Positions 30,146 to 40,484 of a DNA stretch of 64,000 bases are shown here, one piece after another. Both the position numbers and the translations under genes were made by a program. Location of the stretch: NCBI GenBank assembly GCA_049975705.1, contig JBNGCS010000007.1, positions 1-64,000 on the forward strand, in the 5' to 3' direction. This DNA is from Candidatus Bipolaricaulaceae bacterium (GTDB lineage: Bacteria; Bipolaricaulota; Bipolaricaulia; Bipolaricaulales; Bipolaricaulaceae). Under the pieces are notes generated by a model. That model was not told the origin of the DNA, searched no databases, and saw nothing but the letters and a program-made list of their open reading frames with translations. Each line of letters opens with the position of its first letter. The first letter of the stretch is position 1.

Positions 30146-31393
30146 TTGGAGAAGATTGGCTTTGTCTCCACTCGGTTGGCGGGGACCGACGGGGTCTCGC
30201 TGGAAGTCCGCAAGTGGGGCAACGTCCTGTCAGAGCAGGGATACGAGTTGACCTTCTTTGCCGGCGAGTGCGATTGGCCGGCCGACCGTTCCCGGGTGGT
30301 CCCGGAAGCCCACTTCCAGCATCCTCAAGTGCGCGCGGTCACCGAGGAGCTGTTCGGCCGCGAGACGCGGGGCCCGAGCACGTCCCGGCGCGTGGCGGCC
30401 CTCAAGGACCACCTCAAGGGGCACTTGCACAGCTTTGTCGCTGAGTTCGGCGTGGAGATCATGGTCGTGGAGAACGCCCTCTCCCTCCCGGTGAACGTCC
30501 CGCTGGGGCTGGCGCTGGCCGAGCTGATCGCCGAAACGGGCATCCCCACCATCGCCCACCACCACGATTTCTGGTGGGAGCGGCGACGGTTTGCCCTCAG
30601 CGCGGCCGGGGACTACCTGCGGGCGGCCTTCCCTCCGGTACTACCCTCGGTCCACCACGTGGTGATCAACTCATTCGGGGGGAGCCAGCTGGCGCTCCGC
30701 ACTGGGGCCACATCTGTGTTGATCCCCAACGTGATGGACTTTGAGACCCCGCTCCCGCCCCCGGACGCCCACACAATCAGGCTGCGTCCCGCGTTGGGAG
30801 TGCCCACGGGCACCTTCCTTCTCCTCCAGCCCACCCGAATCGTGCCCCGCAAGCGCATCGAGCTGGCCATGGAGCTGGTACGGCGGCTGGAACTTCCCTG
30901 CGTCCTGGTAGTCTCCCATTCGGCCGGCGACGAGGGGACGGCCTACAAGCGTCACCTGGAACGGTATGCAGATCTGCTTGGGGTGGACGTCATCTTCGCC
31001 CACGAGTTCATCGCTCACGGTCGCCGGACGACAGGAGGGAAGGAGTTGTTTTCGTTGGCCGATGCCTACCGCCAGGCGGACCTGGTGACCTATCCGTCCA
31101 CCGTGGAAGGGTTTGGCAACGCCTTCCTGGAGGCGGTCTACTACCGCCGCCCTTTGGTGATGAGTACCTACGAGATCTTCCAGACGGACATCGCCCCCAA
31201 GGGGTTTGAGGTGATCGAGTTCGGGGACTTCATCGGGGAGGACACCGTGCGGCGCGCCCGGGCAGTACTCGAGAATCCAGCGCTGGCCGAGGACTGGGTT
31301 GAGCACAACTACCAGGTCGCCCGGAGACACTATTCGTTTGCCGTCCTGGAGAAGTACCTAGCCGCCCTGATGGGCCGGGCCCGGCGCAGCTAG
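30146..31393 (+). CDS. glycosyltransferase family 4, paralog of 20821..22197
   Basis: TTG start 6 nt after AAAGGAG; MEKIGFVSTRLAGTDGVSLEVRKW..; GT4 C-terminal domain. Confidence 0.7.
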   Translation: MEKIGFVSTRLAGTDGVSLEVRKWGNVLSEQGYELTFFAGECDWPADRSRVVPEAHFQHPQVRAVTEELFGRETRGPSTSRRVAALKDHLKGHLHSFVAEFGVEIMVVENALSLPVNVPLGLALAELIAETGIPTIAHHHDFWWERRRFALSAAGDYLRAAFPPVLPSVHHVVINSFGGSQLALRTGATSVLIPNVMDFETPLPPPDAHTIRLRPALGVPTGTFLLLQPTRIVPRKRIELAMELVRRLELPCVLVVSHSAGDEGTAYKRHLERYADLLGVDVIFAHEFIAHGRRTTGGKELFSLADAYRQADLVTYPSTVEGFGNAFLEAVYYRRPLVMSTYEIFQTDIAPKGFEVIEFGDFIGEDTVRRARAVLENPALAEDWVEHNYQVARRHYSFAVLEKYLAALMGRARRS

Positions 31394-31397
31394 CCGG

Positions 31398-31601
31398 CTA
31401 CGCCCGCAGGGATACCACGGTCCGCCGCTCCTCGCTGTGCAGCTCGAGTTTCGCCTCCCGGGCCAGCCACCCCAGCGCCATGAGCACCAGCCGTTCGGGG
31501 CCCTCCACCTGGCGGATCACCTGGGACAGGGAACAGGGTCCCTGTTCGGTTAGGAACCGCCACACCCGGCCTGCCGCCTCGCCCACATCCGCCACGCCCA
31601 T
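31398..31601 (-). CDS. small winged helix-turn-helix protein (DUF2582-like)
   Basis: 67 aa MGVADVGEAAGRVWRFLTEQGPCSLSQVIRQ...ALGWLAREAKLEL matches the conserved pattern of a widespread ~70-aa wHTH family. Confidence 0.5.
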   Translation of the reverse strand: MGVADVGEAAGRVWRFLTEQGPCSLSQVIRQVEGPERLVLMALGWLAREAKLELHSEERRTVVSLRA

Positions 31602-31743
31602 CGCCCATCACCCCCCTGTGCCGGTGCACGATAGCCCCGTGCGCCTGCGCTGACAGGGTCTCCCGTTGGCCGACGGCCGCCCTAAGGTTAACATGGCCAT
31701 TCGTGCGCGACGTGCAGGGGGAGGGGAGGGGTCAAGGCCGGCC

Positions 31744-33873
31744 ATGACGCAAGTGGACTTGGTCTTCGGCGTGCACTGCCACCAGCCAGTGGGCAACTTC
31801 CCGGAAGTGGTGGAACGGGCGTGTGGAGATGCCTACCTGCCGCTGCTGACGGCCCTGGATCGCCACCCGGCGGTCAAGGCCGTGGTGCACATGACCGGAC
31901 CGCTGTGGGAGCACCTGGAGGCGCATCGCCCGGAGGTGCTGGCTCTGGTGGGGCGGTTGGTGGACCGCGGGCAGGTAGAGCTCCTCGGCGGCGGGTTCTA
32001 CGAGCCCATTTTGGCAGCCATTCCCCCGCAGGACGTCGCTGCCCAGCTGGCCCGGATGCGGGCGTACCTGAAGAGTCGGTTTGGCCAGGATCCCGTAGGG
32101 ATCTGGCTTGCCGAGCGGGTGTGGGAGCCGCATCTGCCCAGCCTCCTGTCCGAGTGTAATGTGCGCTACTTACCAGTGGATGACACGCACTTCCCCCGGG
32201 CTGGCCTATTGTCGGCCCAGATCAGCGGGTACTACCTCACTGAGGATCGCGGCTGCCCGGTGGGCGTGTTTCCCATCTCAGGCCGCTTGCGTTATCTCAT
32301 CCCCTTCCGCCCCTTGGACGAGGTGATGGCCTACTTCAGGGCGATTGCTGCGCAAGGGGGCTGGCCGCTGCTCGTGCTGGTGGACGGCGGGGAGAAGTTC
32401 GGGGTGTGGCCGGGGACCAAGCGGTGGGTGCACGATGAGGGCTGGCTGGAACAGTTCCTGCGAGCTCTGGTGGACAACGCCGCTTGGTTGGGGACCACCA
32501 CTCTGCGCGAGGCGTTCGCCGCTCGGGAACCCCTGGGGCGGGTCTACCTGCCCGCCACCTCGTACTTCGAGCTGGGAGAGTCGGCCCTGCCCGCGGCGGC
32601 TGAGCACCGAATGGAGGCGCTCAAGTCAGCGTTGGGCAGCCGTCTGGAGGAGTCTCGCCCCTTGCTCTCCGGTGGCTTCTGGCGCGGCTTTCTAACCAAG
32701 TACCCAGAGGCCAACTACCTGCACAAGCGGATGCTTCGGCTGAGCGAGCGAGCTTCGCGCGCCCCGGCGGGAGGGCGGCTGAGGGAGGAGCCGAGAAAGC
32801 ATCTCCTGCGCGCCCAGTGCAACGACGCCTACTGGCACGGCCTGTTCGGGGGAATCTACTTGCCGCACTTGCGAGATGCCCTGTGGCGGGAGCTGCTCTC
32901 CGCCCAGTGGCTGCTGGACCGGCTGGAGCGGGGGCAAGCGGCGTGGGGCGGCCTGTACAGCGGTGATCTGGACGTTGACGGGCACCGGGAGGTGGTGGCG
33001 GAAACGGAGAAGTGGAACGTGGTCCTGTCCCCCCGGTTCGGCAGTACGATCGTCGAGCTGAGCGACAAGACCATCCCCTACAACTTCCTCAACGTGGTGG
33101 CCCGCCGTCCGGAAGGTTACCATCGGTGCGTGCCCGCCGACGCGGGCGAGGAGGACGGTGCCCCGCGGAGCATCCACGAGATCACGGCGGCTAAGGTGCC
33201 GCACCTGGAAAGCTACCTGGTCTACGACCGTCATCCGCGCGCCGGGCTGGTGGACCATCTGTTCCGCCCCCAGGCCACCCTGGATCAGCGGGCAGCCGGA
33301 TCAGCAGCCGAGCTTGTAGACCTGCAGGGGGAGGCTTACGCGGCCGCAACCCAGGAGGGGGAGCGGGGGATCGCGGTGTCCCTCGCCTGGCAGGGCAGCG
33401 CCGGCGATGGGCGACTGCGGCTGGAGAAAATGGTCCGATTGTCCCCGGGCGGGCAGGGTGTCTGCGTGCGGGTGGGACTTGAGAACAGCGGTCCACGCGC
33501 GGTGCACCTCCTGTACGGGATGGAGTTCAACTTCGGGATGCTCGCCGGGGATGCCGCGGATCGCTACTTCCAGCTGCCCGGCCGCCGGCTGACCGACCCC
33601 CGGATGGCCAGCCGTGGTGAGGAGCGAGACGTGACCTGCCTCCGCCTGGTGAACGACTGGGAGGGCTGGGCCCTCGAGGTGCAGACCTCGCGCCCTGCCT
33701 TGCTGTGGCGCCACCCTGTTCACACGGTAAACAATTCCGAGGCCGGCTTCGAGCTGGTCTATCAGGCCTCCTGTGTGGTGCTGGCGTGGGAGCTGTGCCT
33801 GAGCCAGGGCGGCTGCTCCACGCTGGATCTGTCCCTCCGTACCACAGGCCGCCGGCGGGGAATTCACTGCTGA
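31744..33873 (+). CDS. GH57 alpha-amylase/4-alpha-glucanotransferase
   Basis: Start moved to MTQVDLVFGVHCHQPVGNF (GH57 signature); ..ERVWEPHLP.. and ..VDGGEKFGVWPGT.. motifs. Confidence 0.75.
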   Translation: MTQVDLVFGVHCHQPVGNFPEVVERACGDAYLPLLTALDRHPAVKAVVHMTGPLWEHLEAHRPEVLALVGRLVDRGQVELLGGGFYEPILAAIPPQDVAAQLARMRAYLKSRFGQDPVGIWLAERVWEPHLPSLLSECNVRYLPVDDTHFPRAGLLSAQISGYYLTEDRGCPVGVFPISGRLRYLIPFRPLDEVMAYFRAIAAQGGWPLLVLVDGGEKFGVWPGTKRWVHDEGWLEQFLRALVDNAAWLGTTTLREAFAAREPLGRVYLPATSYFELGESALPAAAEHRMEALKSALGSRLEESRPLLSGGFWRGFLTKYPEANYLHKRMLRLSERASRAPAGGRLREEPRKHLLRAQCNDAYWHGLFGGIYLPHLRDALWRELLSAQWLLDRLERGQAAWGGLYSGDLDVDGHREVVAETEKWNVVLSPRFGSTIVELSDKTIPYNFLNVVARRPEGYHRCVPADAGEEDGAPRSIHEITAAKVPHLESYLVYDRHPRAGLVDHLFRPQATLDQRAAGSAAELVDLQGEAYAAATQEGERGIAVSLAWQGSAGDGRLRLEKMVRLSPGGQGVCVRVGLENSGPRAVHLLYGMEFNFGMLAGDAADRYFQLPGRRLTDPRMASRGEERDVTCLRLVNDWEGWALEVQTSRPALLWRHPVHTVNNSEAGFELVYQASCVVLAWELCLSQGGCSTLDLSLRTTGRRRGIHC

Positions 33874-33964
33874 GTCCTGAGAGCGGTGCGCCCAACCGGT
33901 TTGAAGGAGAAGGGCAAGGTGATAGGCTGTTGGCACAGGTGGTGATCCCCAGGGGAGGGAAGAG

Positions 33965-35182
33965 ATGGGCAAGGTGTTGACCTTCGTGCTGGCTGGCGGG
34001 CGCGGCGAGCGACTGTGGCCGTTGACCCGGGACCGGGCGAAGCCGGCGGTGCGCCTTGGGGGTATCTACAGGATCATCGACACCCTCAGCAACTGTCTTA
34101 ATTCGGGGCTGCGTCAGGCATTCGTCCTCACCCAGTACAAGTCTCTGTCGCTGGCGCGGCACATCGACCTAGGTTGGAGCCTGTTCAGCTCGGCAGTCGG
34201 CGAGTTCATCGCCACCGTACCCCCACAGCAGCGCATCGCCAACCACTGGTGCCTGAGGACTGCCGACGCCATCTACCAGAATTGGTATTCGGTAGAGCGG
34301 CATTCGCTGTCCTGGGACCGGCCGGGCCTGATCCTGGCCGGCGACCACGTATACAAGATGGACTACCGGATCATGGTCTCAGCGCATCGGGAGCGGGACG
34401 CCGACCTCACCGTGGGGGTGGTCACGATGGATCGGCGCCAGGCGGCGGGCAAGCTGGGGGTGTTGGCGGTGGATCGAGATTGGCGGGTCCTCCAGTTTGA
34501 GGAGAAGCCGGGCCAGCCCACGCCGTCGCCGGAGGATCCCGGCAGCTGCCTGGCCTCCATGGGCATCTACGCCTTCAAGACCGATGTGCTGTGGACCAGG
34601 CTGCAGGAGCACGCCGACGATCCCCGGTCCGGTCACGACTTCGGCAGGGATGTGATCAACCGCATGGTGGGCGAGGACAAGGTGCTCGCCCTGCCGCTGG
34701 CGGCGGCCAGCCGGAATGACGTCCCCTACTGGCGCGACGTGGGCTCGCTGGACGCCTATTGGGACGCGCACATGGACTTGGTGGCCGTGATGCCCCAATT
34801 CAACCTCTACGACCGCCGCTGGCCGATTCACACTTACTACGCGCCCTGGCCCCCGGCGAAGACCGTCCACCGAGAGCCGGGTCGGACGGGGGAGGCCCTG
34901 GATTCCCTGCTATCCCCCGGCTGCATTGTGTCCGGGGGGCGGGTGGTGCGCTCTGTCCTGTCGCCCGGGGTGCGGGTGAACAGCTACGCCCTGGTGGAGG
35001 AGTCGGTGCTCCTCGACGACGTGGACGTAGGCCGGGGTGCCCGCATTCGGCGGGCCATCGTGGACAAAGGGGTCAACATCCCTGCCGGGGAGGAGATTGA
35101 GTACAGTAGGCCTCAGGACGAGCGCCGCTTCGACGTCTCCCCGGCGGGGGTGGTGGCCATTCCCAAGGAATACGCCTTCTGA
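33965..35182 (+). CDS. glgC: glucose-1-phosphate adenylyltransferase
   Basis: ATG after GGGGAGGGAAGAG; VLAGGRGERLWPLT..PAV..GG.YRIID; C-terminal left-handed beta-helix. Confidence 0.85.
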   Translation: MGKVLTFVLAGGRGERLWPLTRDRAKPAVRLGGIYRIIDTLSNCLNSGLRQAFVLTQYKSLSLARHIDLGWSLFSSAVGEFIATVPPQQRIANHWCLRTADAIYQNWYSVERHSLSWDRPGLILAGDHVYKMDYRIMVSAHRERDADLTVGVVTMDRRQAAGKLGVLAVDRDWRVLQFEEKPGQPTPSPEDPGSCLASMGIYAFKTDVLWTRLQEHADDPRSGHDFGRDVINRMVGEDKVLALPLAAASRNDVPYWRDVGSLDAYWDAHMDLVAVMPQFNLYDRRWPIHTYYAPWPPAKTVHREPGRTGEALDSLLSPGCIVSGGRVVRSVLSPGVRVNSYALVEESVLLDDVDVGRGARIRRAIVDKGVNIPAGEEIEYSRPQDERRFDVSPAGVVAIPKEYAF

Positions 35183-35191
35183 GGAGGACAG

Positions 35192-36211
35192 ATGCCAGAG
35201 CTTAGGCGGGAACCGATCATGGAGCGGTGGGTGATCATCGCCCCTGAGCGGGCCAAGCGCCCCTCAGATTACCGTTCCCAGAGTGCGGAGGAGGGGGAGG
35301 CTGATACGGCGAGCTGCCCGTTCTGCCCGGGCAACGAGCACATGACCCCTCCAGAGCTCTACCGGGTGGGGGGATCTGACTGGCAGGTGCGAGTGGTCCC
35401 CAACAAGTTCCCCGCCCTGGGGGACTATCCCGAGCTGGGCCGCGCCGCGGTGGGTGGTTTTTTCGACCGGATGAACGGCGTGGGGACCCATGAGGTGGTG
35501 GTGGAGACCCCGGACCACTGCCACGAGCTCCCGGACCTTCCGGTCGAGCACATCAAGGTGGTGGTGGACACGTACGTGCACCGCCTGCGCGAGCTGATGC
35601 ACAACTCCTGGTACCGCTACGTCCTGTTGTTCAAGAACCACGGCCGCGCGGCCGGCGCGTCGCTGGCCCATCCCCACGCCCAGATCATCGCCACCCCGGT
35701 GACACCGCGCCACGTGCGAGCTCACCTGCAAGCGGCCAAGGCTTACTACGAGCGGAAGGAACGGTGCATCTTCTGTGACATCCTGTTGCAGGAGCTCCGG
35801 CTGGGCGAGCGGGTGGTGGAGGAGGTCGACGGGTACGTGATCTGGGCGCCGTTCGCGTCGCGCTTCCCTTTCGAACTCCACATCTTCCCCCGCTACCACT
35901 CCCACGATTTCACCACCATGACCGAGCAGCAGAAGTGGGGCCTGGCGCGGGTGTTGAAGAAATCCCTGGGGCGGCTGAAGGCACTGTTGGGGGATCCGCC
36001 GTACAACTTCGTGCTTCAGAACGCCCCCAACCCGGTCCCCCGGCCCGGCAAGCCCGGCTACTGGGCCACGTTGCAGTACGACTACCATTGGCACTTGGAG
36101 ATCATCCCCCGCCTCACTCGGGTGGCAGGTTTCGAGTGGGGGACGGGCTTCTACATCAATCCCATGCCTCCCGAGGAGACGGCGGGCTACCTGCGGGAGG
36201 TCGACGCCTGA
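35192..36211 (+). CDS. galT: galactose-1-phosphate uridylyltransferase-family (HIT superfamily) nucleotidyltransferase
   Basis: CPFCPGNE Zn motif, HPHAQII (H-x-H-x-Q) active site; within the glgC block so substrate may be ADP/UDP-glucose rather than galactose. Confidence 0.7.
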   Translation: MPELRREPIMERWVIIAPERAKRPSDYRSQSAEEGEADTASCPFCPGNEHMTPPELYRVGGSDWQVRVVPNKFPALGDYPELGRAAVGGFFDRMNGVGTHEVVVETPDHCHELPDLPVEHIKVVVDTYVHRLRELMHNSWYRYVLLFKNHGRAAGASLAHPHAQIIATPVTPRHVRAHLQAAKAYYERKERCIFCDILLQELRLGERVVEEVDGYVIWAPFASRFPFELHIFPRYHSHDFTTMTEQQKWGLARVLKKSLGRLKALLGDPPYNFVLQNAPNPVPRPGKPGYWATLQYDYHWHLEIIPRLTRVAGFEWGTGFYINPMPPEETAGYLREVDA

Positions 36212-36221
36212 GGAGGTAGAC

Positions 36222-37220
36222 ATGCCGTACTACGGTGGACACGAATTGAGGCGGGTATACCAGGAGGCCAGTCGCCATAAGTTCGCGTTGGTGGCCAACA
36301 ACTTCGCCGAGTCGAACGTGCTGTTGGGCCTGCTGGCCGCCTACGAAGAGGCGGGCAGTGATCTGCTCCTCCAGGTCTCTCTGGGGGCGGCCAAGTTTGC
36401 CGGCGCTGGCAAACCCCTGGCGGGCCTGCGGGCCCTGGTCGCGTACGTGCGGGCAGTCGCCGCCGAGGCGGCCGTTGGGGTGTTCGTGAATCTGGACCAC
36501 ATCACGCCTGACCAAGTGGCCAACTTCGTACGTCCGGCCCTGGAGGAGGGGCTGTGTTCCTCGGTGATGATCGACGCCTCCGCCCTCCCGTTTGAGGAGA
36601 ACGTCGACGCCACCCGGGGGGTGGTGGAACTGGCTCGCCCCTATGGGGCTTTGGTGGAGGGGGAGCTGGGCAAGATCAAGGGGGTGGAGGACGAGATCGC
36701 CTCCGACGAGGCCTTCTACACCCAGCCCGAGGAGGCGGCTGAGTTCGTCCGGCGTACCAGGGTGGATCTCCTGGCCGTGTCGGTGGGCACTCAGCACGGC
36801 GTGTCCAAGGGGCGAGACCTGACCCTGCGGGTGGAGCTGGCCCGGGAGATCGACGACTGTTTGCGCCAGCAGGGGCACGAGGTGCCGCTGGTGCTGCACG
36901 GGGCATCGGGTCTGTCCGGCGACCAGGTACGTGCCCTGGTGGAGGCGGGGGTGGCCAAGGTGAACAAGGACACCACCTATCAATACGTGTTTGGCAACGC
37001 GGCCTGTCAGTTCTACGTGGAGAACCGGGAGGCAATCCTCCCCCCACCCGGGAGTCGGTTCGACCCCATCACCTTCGAGGCGCAGGGTGCTGACTGGTCA
37101 CCGGAAAAGAAGGTATTCGACCCCCGGGTGATGGGGAGGAAGGTGCAGGAGGCGATCCGTCAGGTGGCCGCGGACATGATCGGACAAGTCGGATCAGGAG
37201 GGAGGTCTCTCTATGCCTGA
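36222..37220 (+). CDS. fba: class II fructose-/ketose-bisphosphate aldolase
   Basis: ATG after TGAGGAGGTAGAC; class II aldolase metal-site pattern (..DH..LDH..HG.SG..); 332 aa. Confidence 0.8.
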   Translation: MPYYGGHELRRVYQEASRHKFALVANNFAESNVLLGLLAAYEEAGSDLLLQVSLGAAKFAGAGKPLAGLRALVAYVRAVAAEAAVGVFVNLDHITPDQVANFVRPALEEGLCSSVMIDASALPFEENVDATRGVVELARPYGALVEGELGKIKGVEDEIASDEAFYTQPEEAAEFVRRTRVDLLAVSVGTQHGVSKGRDLTLRVELAREIDDCLRQQGHEVPLVLHGASGLSGDQVRALVEAGVAKVNKDTTYQYVFGNAACQFYVENREAILPPPGSRFDPITFEAQGADWSPEKKVFDPRVMGRKVQEAIRQVAADMIGQVGSGGRSLYA

Positions 37221-38307
37221 AGTGAAGAGGATTGGAGTGCTCACCGGCGGGGGCGACTCTCCGGGCATCAACTCCGCCCTCCGCGCCATCGTCAGGCGGG
37301 CTAGGATCGCCGGGGTGGAGGTGGTGGGTTTCCGGGACGGTTGGCGGGGCCCCGCTGAAGACGACGGCCAGGTCCTGTCGCTCAAGCACGTCTCGGGGAT
37401 CCTGCACATGGGGGGAACCGTGCTGGGCACCTCGCGCACCAACCCGTTCACCAAGGTGGTGCGGGATGGGGAGCAGATCTGGGAGCCCACTGACAAGGTG
37501 GACCACATCGTGGCCACCCTGGAGCATCGCAAGCTGGATGCGCTGATCGCCATCGGGGGCGACGACACCCTGGGGGTCGCCCACCGGCTGGGCCAGCACG
37601 GGGTGCGCGCGGTGGGCATCCCCCAGACGATCGACAACGACATCGGGGGCACTGACTATGCCATCGGGTTCCACTCCGCGCTGGCCACCGTGACGGAAGC
37701 CCTGGACAAGCTCCACACCACCGCTCACGCCCACCATCGACTGCTGATTGTGGAGGTCATGGGCCGGGACTCCGGCTGGATCGCTGTTTGCGGCGGCCTG
37801 GCCGGCGGCGCGGACGTCATTCTCGTCCCCGAGGGTCCCCCCGAAGGGTCGTTCTCGGTGGACGACGTCCTGGAGGTGGTGGACAGGCGCCTGCAGCAGG
37901 GCCGGAGGTTCTCCATTGTGGTGGTGGCCGAGGGGGCCCGCCCACGCGAGCTGGGGGGACGGCAGGTGAGCCGCAGCGGCGTGGACCCATTTGGCCACGT
38001 GCAGCTGGGGGGTGTGGGGTACTGGCTGGCCGCGGAGTTGGAGAAGCGTGACCTTCCCCTCACCCCGCGGGTCACCGTGCTGGCCTACCTGCAACGGGGC
38101 GGCACCGCTACCCCGTTCGACCGCCTGCTGGCCACCCGGTTGGGGGCAGCTGCCGTGGAGTTCGCCATGGACGGGAAGTTCGACGTGTTGACCGGGTTGC
38201 ACGGTCAGCGAGTGGTCCCCGTTCCCCTGGCCGATGCCCTGGCCCAGTGTCCGAAGCCGGTGGATCCCGAGCTCCTTCGGGTGGCCCACAACATCGTGCT
38301 GACCTAG
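37213..38307 (+). CDS. pfkA: 6-phosphofructokinase
   Basis: RIGVLTGGGDSPGINSA, ..IGGDD.., ..MGRDSGWIA.. PFK motifs; ATG after GGAGG, overlaps fba end. Confidence 0.85.
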   Translation: MPEVKRIGVLTGGGDSPGINSALRAIVRRARIAGVEVVGFRDGWRGPAEDDGQVLSLKHVSGILHMGGTVLGTSRTNPFTKVVRDGEQIWEPTDKVDHIVATLEHRKLDALIAIGGDDTLGVAHRLGQHGVRAVGIPQTIDNDIGGTDYAIGFHSALATVTEALDKLHTTAHAHHRLLIVEVMGRDSGWIAVCGGLAGGADVILVPEGPPEGSFSVDDVLEVVDRRLQQGRRFSIVVVAEGARPRELGGRQVSRSGVDPFGHVQLGGVGYWLAAELEKRDLPLTPRVTVLAYLQRGGTATPFDRLLATRLGAAAVEFAMDGKFDVLTGLHGQRVVPVPLADALAQCPKPVDPELLRVAHNIVLT

Positions 38308-38315
38308 GAGGTCAG

Positions 38316-39461
38316 ATGGGACGAGTGTTGCTTCTGCTGCTGGCTGCGGTGAGCCTGGTCGCCGTGGGTGCTGCTCCGGGGGCGGATCTGTTCGCCCCCC
38401 TAGGCGACGTGTATCAAGTTATCCGCAGCTACTATTACCGGGCGCAGGAGGTGGAGGACAACGACCTCCTGCACGGGGCCCTACGGGGGATGATCGACGC
38501 CCTGGGCGACCCTTACTCCGCCTTCTTCGATCCCCAGGAGTATGCGCAATGGCAGGACAGTCTGGTGGGGGAGTATTCCGGGGTGGGGATGGAGATCACG
38601 GTGCGGGACGGCAAGGTCACCGTGGTCGCCCCGCTGCCGGGGACGCCGGCGGAGGAGGCGGGGATTCAAGCCGGAGACTGGATCAAGGCGGTGGACGGCC
38701 AGTCAACTGAGGGGTGGTCGCTCGAGCAGGCATCTCAGCAGATCCGTGGTCAGGAGGGCACGGTGGTGACCCTGACAGTGGAGCACCCCGACGGCACTGC
38801 ACAGGAGGTGGTCATCACCCGGGCGCGCATCCACGTTGACCCCGTGCGGGCCGAGTACCTGGAAGAGGAACAGGTCGGCTACGTGCGTCTCCTGCGTTTC
38901 GATTTCGACACCGCCGCCGAGCTGGGCAGGGCGCTGTACGGCTTTCCTCTGGACTCGCTGCGCGGGGTGGTCCTGGACCTGCGCAACAACCCAGGCGGGG
39001 TGTTGTCGGCGGCGGTGGCCGTGGCCAGCTACTTCGTGGACGAAGGGACCGTGGTGCAGACCAAGGGTGCCCACCCCGGCACCCGAACCTACGCCAGCAG
39101 CGGGAACAGTTTCCCCAACGTTCCCGTGGCCGTGCTGGTCAACCAGGGCACCGCCTCGGCCTCGGAGATCGTGGCCGGAGCGATTCAGGACCGTGGGGTG
39201 GGCGTGCTGGTAGGGCGCCCGACGTTCGGCAAGGGGCTGATCCAAGAGTTCGTCATGCGCCTGCCGGACGGATCGGCCGTCAAGCTGACCACGGGGGAGT
39301 ACTTCACTCCCGCGGGGAACCCCGTTCAGGATGTGGGCCTCGCCCCAGACATCCCGGTGGATGCGGAGGATTCCCCGTCTGCCGATCAGGACCCGGACCT
39401 GGCGGCGGCGCTGGCGTGGATCTCCAGCCGAGCCGGGCAGCCGGTCGGCGCGGGTGAGTGA
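38316..39461 (+). CDS. ctpA: carboxyl-terminal processing protease (S41, tail-specific protease) with PDZ domain
   Basis: ATG after AGGAGGT; signal peptide; PDZ (GIQAGDWIKAVDG), S41 catalytic region ..GTASASEI.. and ..GRPTFGKG.. Confidence 0.8.
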   Translation: MGRVLLLLLAAVSLVAVGAAPGADLFAPLGDVYQVIRSYYYRAQEVEDNDLLHGALRGMIDALGDPYSAFFDPQEYAQWQDSLVGEYSGVGMEITVRDGKVTVVAPLPGTPAEEAGIQAGDWIKAVDGQSTEGWSLEQASQQIRGQEGTVVTLTVEHPDGTAQEVVITRARIHVDPVRAEYLEEEQVGYVRLLRFDFDTAAELGRALYGFPLDSLRGVVLDLRNNPGGVLSAAVAVASYFVDEGTVVQTKGAHPGTRTYASSGNSFPNVPVAVLVNQGTASASEIVAGAIQDRGVGVLVGRPTFGKGLIQEFVMRLPDGSAVKLTTGEYFTPAGNPVQDVGLAPDIPVDAEDSPSADQDPDLAAALAWISSRAGQPVGAGE

Positions 39462-40465
39462 AGGCGGCGGTAGTTGGGGCGGGCAGTTGGGGCACCGCCT
39501 TCGCCCGACTGCTGGCCAGGGCCGGCCACCGGGTGGTCCTGTGGGCTCGGCGAGTGGAGTTGGCGGACCACCTGCGGGAGCGGGGGGAGAACCCTGACTA
39601 CCTCCCCGGGGTTCGCCTGCCGCCGGGGGTGGGGTGCACGGCGGAGCTGGGCGAAGCCCTGGCCGAGGCGGAGGTGGTCTTCCTGGCCGTGCCCAGCTTC
39701 GCCATGGCTGAGCTGGCAGCCAGGGTCGCCGGGCTGCTGCCGCCAGGGGTCCCGGCGGTACACCTGGCCAAGGGCCTGGAGCCGCAGACCGGGCGGCGGA
39801 TGTCGGAGATCCTGGGCGCGGCCCTGCCGGACCGGCCGCTGTTCGCCCTGTCGGGCCCCTCCCACGCCGAGGAGGTAGCACGCGATCATCCCACCGCGGT
39901 GGTCCTGGCCGGTCCCGAGCTCCGCTGGGGGCACCGGCTGCAGCACGATCTGATCACCGCTCGGTTTCGCGTCTACCTGTCAGACGATCTGGTGGGGGTG
40001 GAGTATTGCGGGGCGGTGAAAAACGTGCTGGCCGTGGGGACGGGGCTTGCTGATGGGCTGGGCTATGGAGACAACACCCGGGCTGCACTGATCACCCGCG
40101 GACTGGCGGAGATGGTGCGATTCGGCCGAGCGGTGGGAGCGCGCCCGGCCACCTTCTACGGCCTGGCTGGGCTCGGGGACCTGGTGGTGACCGCCACCAG
40201 CCCCCACTCCCGCAACCGCCAGGTTGGTCTCCGGGTCGGGCAGGGCGAACGGTTGGCGGACGTGCTGGCCGGGATGCGCATGGTGGCCGAAGGCGTCCAC
40301 ACCACGGAAATCCTCTACCGGAAGGCCAGTGAGCTGGGTGTGGAGATGCCTATCACCGCCGCGGTGTACCGGGTTCTGCACCTTGGCCAGGATCCCCGGG
40401 GGCAGATCGACCCGCTCATGCTCCGCTCGCCCAAGCGCGAGACCTCCGGGGGGCTGGAGGAGTAA
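39458..40465 (+). CDS. gpsA: NAD(P)H-dependent glycerol-3-phosphate dehydrogenase
   Basis: GTG start overlapping ctpA stop; VVGAGSWGTA Rossmann motif; GpsA C-terminal domain. Confidence 0.85.
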   Translation: MKAAVVGAGSWGTAFARLLARAGHRVVLWARRVELADHLRERGENPDYLPGVRLPPGVGCTAELGEALAEAEVVFLAVPSFAMAELAARVAGLLPPGVPAVHLAKGLEPQTGRRMSEILGAALPDRPLFALSGPSHAEEVARDHPTAVVLAGPELRWGHRLQHDLITARFRVYLSDDLVGVEYCGAVKNVLAVGTGLADGLGYGDNTRAALITRGLAEMVRFGRAVGARPATFYGLAGLGDLVVTATSPHSRNRQVGLRVGQGERLADVLAGMRMVAEGVHTTEILYRKASELGVEMPITAAVYRVLHLGQDPRGQIDPLMLRSPKRETSGGLEE

Positions 40466-40484
40466 CCGACCCCGGGCCCCAGCC

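Noticed and set aside
31134-31629. ORFs 31390..31629 and 31608..31796 (minus)
   Set aside because: Overlap the GT4 3' end and the wHTH gene; low complexity. Only the 67-aa wHTH ORF (31398..31601) has a recognisable family pattern.
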